42,178 nt of DNA from a virus (taxonomy: Duplodnaviria > Caudoviricetes): the IMG/VR virus record IMGVR_UViG_3300037722_000727, positions 1-42,178 of that record; one strand, written 5' to 3'. The notes under the pieces were generated by a model. It saw nothing but the letters and a program-made list of their open reading frames with translations. It was not told where the DNA came from and did not search any database. Position 1 is the first letter of the stretch. Each line of letters begins with the position of its first letter. The position numbers and the translations under genes were made by a program. Positions 37,766-42,178 of this stretch are shown here, in pieces.

Positions 37766-38215
37766 TCAGCGTCCACGAACGGGCTGAAGTGGAAGGTCGG
37801 CTTCGGTACCTGCTTGCGCTGCGACTAGCTGGGCTAGGAGGTCCAGTACCCCGCCGTTCAACGCCTTCAGGGTGCCCGACGTCTCGCCGAGGCCCCGCTC
37901 GATGGCCTCGGTCTGGGCCTTCACGGCCAACGCCAGGCGGTCGATAGCCTCGAGGAGGGCCGTTTGGTCCGTTGACGGATCGGGCGCGGTCTCGGCGAGG
38001 AATGGTCGAACGCCGTAGACCTCGGCCAGCAGCCGCCGCAGCCGGACCGACGCGCCCTTCGAGCCGCCCTCGATGCCGCGGATCGTCGCGGCTCGGACTC
38101 GGTGACCGCGGGACTCTAGCGCCTCGACAACTTCCTCGACCGACATACCCGCCTCGTCGCGGGCGCGCGTGGCCCACGCGGCGAGCGGCGGCTTCTGCTC
38201 GATCGGCTTGCGCAT
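37766..38215 (-). CDS. cI: immunity repressor (XRE HTH)
   Basis: RARDEAGMSVEEV...ATIRGIEGG; divergent from cro. Confidence 0.8.
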   Translation of the reverse strand: MRKPIEQKPPLAAWATRARDEAGMSVEEVVEALESRGHRVRAATIRGIEGGSKGASVRLRRLLAEVYGVRPFLAETAPDPSTDQTALLEAIDRLALAVKAQTEAIERGLGETSGTLKALNGGVLDLLAQLVAAQAGTEADLPLQPVRGR

Positions 38216-38234
38216 GTGCCACACGTTGGCACAT
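38214..38234. promoter_or_regulatory. palindromic operator atgtgcca-N5-tggcacat over the cI start
   Basis: Perfect 8-bp inverted repeat. Confidence 0.6.
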
Positions 38235-38271
38235 CCCGGCACGTTTGCGTCATGAAAATGCCGTTCCCCTA

Positions 38272-38300
38272 TTGACGGTACGTCCGGGACGTGCTAGAAA
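38272..38300 (+). promoter_or_regulatory. early lytic promoter (TTGACG-N17-TAGAAA), leaderless, with operator acgtcc-g-ggacgt (38280-38292)
   Basis: Extended TG; ATG 6 nt after the -10. Confidence 0.75.
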
Positions 38301-38306
38301 CGGTAC

Positions 38307-38507
38307 ATGACCACCGAGACCACCGGCCTCGATCTCAAGATCGAACGAATCCGGGCCGGCGTACTCGTCAAGGACTTGGCCGTCGCGATGGGAATCTCGT
38401 CGTCTCGCCTGTCCCGCATCGAGGTCGATCAGCCCGTCACCGAACGAATGTTGGTTCGCTACCGTGCCGCGCTCGGTACGTGCCGCACGCCACAGCAGGC
38501 CGCCTGA
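38307..38507 (+). CDS. cro: Cro-like HTH protein
   Basis: LKIERIRAGV.VKDLAVAMGISSSRLSRIE. Confidence 0.85.
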   Translation: MTTETTGLDLKIERIRAGVLVKDLAVAMGISSSRLSRIEVDQPVTERMLVRYRAALGTCRTPQQAA

Positions 38508-38806
38508 TGGCCCCGAATACCGCTCCCACCCTGCTCCGGCCGTCACGGGCCGTTCTAGGCCGTCGTGGCGTGGCCACGCGGGTCATCCTCGACATGAACG
38601 ACGCGCTGGCTCCGACCGTTGAGGGCGTGGCCCTCTGTGACGAGGTGGCGTCGGGCGTGGCCCGCATCACCACCGCCGCGATGGCCGGCTCCCGGCACGC
38701 CGTCATCAACGAAGCCAACCGGCTCGGGCACCGGGCGTTGCAGTACCGTCACGAGTTCCGGTCGCTGGCCGAGGCCATCGAAGGCCCGGACGGGGAAGCG
38801 GCATGA
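38507..38806 (+). CDS. hypothetical protein (cII-like position)
   Basis: TGATG overlap with cro. Confidence 0.6.
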   Translation: MAPNTAPTLLRPSRAVLGRRGVATRVILDMNDALAPTVEGVALCDEVASGVARITTAAMAGSRHAVINEANRLGHRALQYRHEFRSLAEAIEGPDGEAA

Positions 38807-39039
38807 TCCGCCCGTTGTCGTCGTTCAGCGCACCGGAGCAGCGGGCGATCCTGGCCCTCGTGCGGCTGGCCGAAGCCACGACGGTGGCACCAGCCACTCC
38901 GCCCGGAGCGGCCGAAGGTCGGGCCCGAGCGCGACGTACTCCCACAGCGCCCGCAGCGCGAGGTTCAGATCGCGCGGCTCATGCTGCCAGTCGAAGCGCG
39001 GGACGCGGACGGCCCGCCCCGCGAGATCGAGCCGCCTGA
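38803..39039 (+). CDS. candidate recombination directionality factor overlapping the integrase 3' end
   Basis: ATGA-coupled start; helical N-terminus; position. Confidence 0.35.
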   Translation: MIRPLSSFSAPEQRAILALVRLAEATTVAPATPPGAAEGRARARRTPTAPAARGSDRAAHAASRSAGRGRPAPRDRAA

Positions 39040-40057
39040 TGGCCTCGTCGATCTCCGCCTTCTCGGCCAGCATCTCGGCCTCGGACTGGTACAGCCCCGC
39101 GACCCACGCGACGCGGATGCGATCGAGCCGCGCGTCGAGGTCGAGGCGCGCCGCGGTGTTGGCCTCGACCACCGCCACCAGGTCCGACGGCGGCCGGAGC
39201 CGCGTCATCTCGGCGACGGCCCACGCCATGACCGGGGCCTCGGCAACCGACTTGCGCCCGTGGCCCGGCGTCGTCTCGGCCCGGATGCAGCGATACACCG
39301 TTGCCCCACCCGAACGGCGGCTACCGGTGAGCGTGTGGCCGCAATGACAGCGCAGCAGTCGGGCGAAGCGATGCGGAGCCCGTTCCTTGGCACCCCGCGT
39401 CCCGGTGGCCGAGATCACTCCGGCGCGGGCGAGGATGCGCTGTACGGACGAGTGTGCCCATCGACCGCGGCGGGCCGGGAGGCCGAGGCGGTTGAGCTCC
39501 GTGGCGGTGCCGTTGAGACTGCCAGTCTGTTCGTAGACGGCCACGACCGTCTCGGGGCTCTCGCCCGGCAGGCTGCCGTAGAACGGGGCACCGAGCTTCG
39601 TGCCCTTGGCCCGGCGGGTGGCGATCGTGGCTTGCGCCTTGCGCTTGGCCTGTCGGCTGTAGTTCTCATTCGTGATGGCCTGGAACTGGAACAGGGTGCG
39701 GGCCATGTCGTCGCCCGGCGCGAACCGACCCTCGCTCGTGACGATCGTGGTCCCGGCCTTCTCACAGGCGTCCAGCAGGCGCGCCGCCCACTGGACGGAC
39801 CGGGCGAGTCGGTCGGTGGAGTAGGCGTACAGCGTCGAGACCTCGCCGCGTTCGATCGCCTCCATCAGGCCGAGGAAGGCGAGGCGCTTGTCCGTGGCGT
39901 CGGTGGCCGCGCTCTTGCCCCAGTCGCCGTCGAGGATCGTCAGGTCGGGACCGTCGGCCAGCCGACGCACCGTCTCGGTCTGGAACTCGCGCGACACATC
40001 GCCCGGATCGGACCGCGACCGCGCGGAGCGACGAATGTAGGCGACGGGCCTCCTCAC
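38825..40057 (-). CDS. int: large serine recombinase (integrase)
   Basis: YIRRS catalytic Ser, DRLAR, recombinase domain, Zn ribbon LLRCHCG...YRC, coiled coil. Confidence 0.93.
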   Translation of the reverse strand: MRRPVAYIRRSARSRSDPGDVSREFQTETVRRLADGPDLTILDGDWGKSAATDATDKRLAFLGLMEAIERGEVSTLYAYSTDRLARSVQWAARLLDACEKAGTTIVTSEGRFAPGDDMARTLFQFQAITNENYSRQAKRKAQATIATRRAKGTKLGAPFYGSLPGESPETVVAVYEQTGSLNGTATELNRLGLPARRGRWAHSSVQRILARAGVISATGTRGAKERAPHRFARLLRCHCGHTLTGSRRSGGATVYRCIRAETTPGHGRKSVAEAPVMAWAVAEMTRLRPPSDLVAVVEANTAARLDLDARLDRIRVAWVAGLYQSEAEMLAEKAEIDEAIRRLDLAGRAVRVPRFDWQHEPRDLNLALRALWEYVALGPDLRPLRAEWLVPPSWLRPAARGPGSPAAPVR

Positions 40058-40063
40058 GTCGCG

Positions 40064-40069
40064 AATCTA
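40064..40069 (-). promoter_or_regulatory. -10 box (TAGATT) for a leaderless int transcript
   Basis: 6 nt upstream of the GTG start; no SD. Confidence 0.5.
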
Positions 40070-40076
40070 ACGCCTG

Positions 40077-40116
40077 GCAAACTAGCCCGTCGGGGCACTT
40101 CGACGGGCAGGTTTGC
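40077..40116. other. putative attP (16-bp inverted arms, 8-bp spacer)
   Basis: gcaaactagcccgtcg-gggcactt-cgacgggcaggtttgc; 14/16 symmetric; adjacent to int. Confidence 0.55.
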
Positions 40117-40545
40117 ATGAACCGCCGCATGCCCACGCTGGCGAAGGTCGCGACGTTCTGGCGCTCAGAGTACGTCGACTTCGGCGAGCCCGGATGCCTC
40201 CGATGCGAGTGGCTCTGCCCGGAGCTCGAAGCTGACGAGCCGTGGCGTCACGTCTCGCGGTGGCTCGACCGAGCCCACCTCAAGGATCGTCGCCTGGGCG
40301 GCGAGGACGTCGTGCAGAACCTCGTGCCGCTTTGCATCTTGTGCCACGACGAAATGCCGAGCTTCGCCGACTCGGGATCGGCGTTGGCGTGGGTACGAGC
40401 CGGCCGTCAGCGAGGCTGGGGCTGGCAGGTGCTCACGGATGCGCGGGTTGATGCAGATCCCGACAGAACCCTGACCCGCGCCGGGATACGCCGGATGTGG
40501 CTGCGCTATCTCGAGGAAGCGATGCCCATGGTGATGCGGCCATGA
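40117..40545 (+). CDS. HNH endonuclease
   Basis: CLRC...DRAH...NLVPLCILCH. Confidence 0.8.
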   Translation: MNRRMPTLAKVATFWRSEYVDFGEPGCLRCEWLCPELEADEPWRHVSRWLDRAHLKDRRLGGEDVVQNLVPLCILCHDEMPSFADSGSALAWVRAGRQRGWGWQVLTDARVDADPDRTLTRAGIRRMWLRYLEEAMPMVMRP

Positions 40546-40730
40546 CCAGCCTCGCAGCCCGCATCGCCGCGCGCGAGTCCTGCGCCGTCGTGGCCTGTGA
40601 GCGTCGCCGCGTCCCGGACAGCCTGTTCTGCCATGAGCACCTGACCGACATGTGGTCCAACCGACTCGACCGCCAGCCCGACGGCTCGTACCTCCCGCGG
40701 CTGCGGCTGACGACTCGGGGCGTGGCGTGA
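40542..40730 (+). CDS. small Zn-finger protein
   Basis: C....C...FCHEH. Confidence 0.65.
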   Translation: MTSLAARIAARESCAVVACERRRVPDSLFCHEHLTDMWSNRLDRQPDGSYLPRLRLTTRGVA

Positions 40731-40813
40731 CCGACGACCGCGCGCTCGGGCTGCTCGTCATGTTGGCCTTCGGCTTCCTCGCGGGGTTCATCGCAGGGAG
40801 GGCTCCGCTGTGA
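40727..40813 (+). CDS. 28-aa single-TM peptide
   Basis: GTGA overlaps on both sides. Confidence 0.5.
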   Translation: MTDDRALGLLVMLAFGFLAGFIAGRAPL

Positions 40814-41268
40814 GCCGATCGTCGGAGTTCGGGCGCGGCTACGCGACCTGTCTCATTCAGTTCGTCAATCACCGGGCCCGGCTGCGTGAGACGGAAGATC
40901 TCTACCGCTCCATGCAGGTCAAGCACCCCGACCTGTTCTCGAATGACGGGGCCGAGATGTGGGCCAACGGGGCGAGCGACCACCTGTACGAACTGGTCCG
41001 GCCCCGCCACGGAGTCACTGCAGCGAACTGGCGCGCCGCCAAGGCGCTACAGGACCGGGCGTTGGACATCGGGCACGGCCTCCGGCCCAGCTCGAAGTCC
41101 GATCCGGCCGAGTGTCGAGCGCTCTTGGATGAGGCGGACCGGCTGTTGGCCGTCATTGGTGTGGTCGGGCTCGACGCCGCTATCGAGTGGGACCGAGCCC
41201 ACGGACTCGCTCCGCTCAAGGGCACGTGGTCCTGCGCCAAAGACCTCAGTCGGAGAGGGCCAGCATGA
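40810..41268 (+). CDS. hypothetical protein
   Basis: GGAGG SD; coupled. Confidence 0.75.
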   Translation: MSRSSEFGRGYATCLIQFVNHRARLRETEDLYRSMQVKHPDLFSNDGAEMWANGASDHLYELVRPRHGVTAANWRAAKALQDRALDIGHGLRPSSKSDPAECRALLDEADRLLAVIGVVGLDAAIEWDRAHGLAPLKGTWSCAKDLSRRGPA

Positions 41269-41375
41269 CCCCCCGCCTCCTCGCCGAGTTCGTCGCAACC
41301 CTGCTCGTCTTCCTGGCGATGGCCGCCGCCGTGGTCTACGGCGTGCCGGTCCTGTATGTCCTGGTGACGTCGTGA
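41265..41375 (+). CDS. 36-aa TM peptide
   Basis: Hydrophobic; coupled. Confidence 0.55.
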   Translation: MTPRLLAEFVATLLVFLAMAAAVVYGVPVLYVLVTS

Positions 41376-41617
41376 CCGCGCCCCGCTGCCGCTGCTGGCG
41401 CCCTACGTCACGAGTCCATGACGACGACTGTCCAGTCCGCCGCGAACAGGAGCGGACGGCGCGGCGGCTGCTGGCGACTGTGAAGCTGCCGCGACGGAGC
41501 GAGTGCGGACACGGCTCCGGCTGCTTCATTGAGATCCTGGCGGGCTTCATCCTCGTCTACATCGCCCTCCACCTGGAAGCGGTCATCGCCTTCCTCGACA
41601 GGCTGATCGCGCCATGA
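41372..41617 (+). CDS. Cys-containing protein with C-terminal TM helix
   Basis: Coupled start and stop. Confidence 0.55.
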   Translation: MTAPRCRCWRPTSRVHDDDCPVRREQERTARRLLATVKLPRRSECGHGSGCFIEILAGFILVYIALHLEAVIAFLDRLIAP

Positions 41618-41730
41618 AGCCCGACCACTTCGCCACCTGGGACCGGCTGTGTCTCTGGGGAAGTTGGCTCCGGCGCTACCGCGCCGGAGAGATCAAGCGA
41701 CGGAGGAGGAAGCGTGACAAGGAAGGCTGA
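41614..41730 (+). CDS. 38-aa basic microprotein
   Basis: ATGA overlap. Confidence 0.45.
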   Translation: MKPDHFATWDRLCLWGSWLRRYRAGEIKRRRRKRDKEG

Positions 41731-42178
41731 GGCCCTCGCCCGGTTCGAGGGCCACGACTACTCGCCGGACGGCCCGCCGGTCTTTGTCTGGCACCTCCAT
41801 CACGAGGTCCTGTGCGAGCCGCTGACCGAGCCGATCGCCAACCGCCTCGACTACATCGTGGCGCACAAGCCCGAGGCCGAGGTCGAGACCCGCCTGCGCC
41901 TCATCTCCCCGGTCCTGGGGAAGGTGCCGGCCGCCTCCGCCAAGGCCAGGGCCGCCTACGACAAGGCCTGGGCCGCCTACGTCAAGGCCGGGGCCGCCTA
42001 CGTCAAGGCCAGGGCCGCCTCCGCCAAGGCCGGGGCCGCCTCCGCCAAGGCCAGGGCCGCCTACGACAAGGCCTGGGCCGCCTCCGCCAAGGCCAGGGCC
42101 GCCTACGACAAGGCCTGGGCCGCCTCCGCCAAGGCCGGGGCCGCCTACGTCAAGGCCGGGGCCGCCTACGTCAAGGCC
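41714..42178 (+). CDS. heptad-repeat protein, 5' part (WHLHHEVLCEPLTEPI...; continues at 1..223)
   Basis: GGAGG SD, GTG start; open to the window end; absent from ORF track. Confidence 0.85.
   Translation, partial: MTRKAEALARFEGHDYSPDGPPVFVWHLHHEVLCEPLTEPIANRLDYIVAHKPEAEVETRLRLISPVLGKVPAASAKARAAYDKAWAAYVKAGAAYVKARAASAKAGAASAKARAAYDKAWAASAKARAAYDKAWAASAKAGAAYVKAGAAYVKA
41930..42178 (+). repeat. 21-bp coding tandem repeat, right end
   Basis: About 12 units encoding AA(S/Y)(A/D/V)KA(R/W/G). Confidence 0.95.

Larger units (their letters stand above)
1..42178. mobile_element. Temperate siphovirus genome (HK97-like head, serine integrase), apparently complete and circular
   Basis: Terminase, portal, protease, capsid, tail, lysis, replication, repressor and integrase modules are all present. 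No host genes are seen. One ORF appears to continue across the two ends. Confidence 0.95.

Noticed and set aside
38825-40116. Integrase as an independent inserted element (IS607-like)
   Set aside because: It has large-serine-integrase architecture, no TnpB or N-terminal HTH, no flanking duplication, and is the only integrase of a repressor-bearing phage.
41930-42178. Terminal repeats as a CRISPR array or direct terminal repeat
   Set aside because: Units are contiguous with no spacers and are in-frame coding. The end-to-start match covers 52 bp and stops before the terminus, so it is not a clean DTR.

Overview
The window is an apparently complete ~42.2-kb, GC-rich temperate siphovirus genome with an HK97-like head. 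The contig is broken inside a 21-bp tandem repeat of a gene that spans both ends, so it is effectively circular. Layout: (i) an early/replication operon of about 39 overlapping or abutting genes (40117 through the ends to 11977) with a PD-(D/E)xK exonuclease, two ParB-like proteins, a replication initiator with probable iterons, two DNA methyltransferases, a resolvase and many small Zn-finger ORFs; (ii) a late promoter with a structured leader; (iii) a lysis region with two cysteine peptidases and a holin but no recognisable glycan hydrolase or amidase; (iv) HNH/cos/terminase, head, neck and tail genes, including a -1 frameshifted tail chaperone; (v) an immunity region with cI/cro and a large serine integrase with a putative attP. 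Two features stand out. First, the tail protein's N-terminal BNR-4-like propeller has a clear paralog encoded as an exported or membrane-anchored protein downstream of the repressor, which could provide superinfection exclusion by masking or destroying the receptor. Second, int and attP lie between the lytic promoter and the early operon, so integration would disconnect replication genes from their promoter. All family assignments come from motif recognition by eye, not database searches, and the host is unknown.
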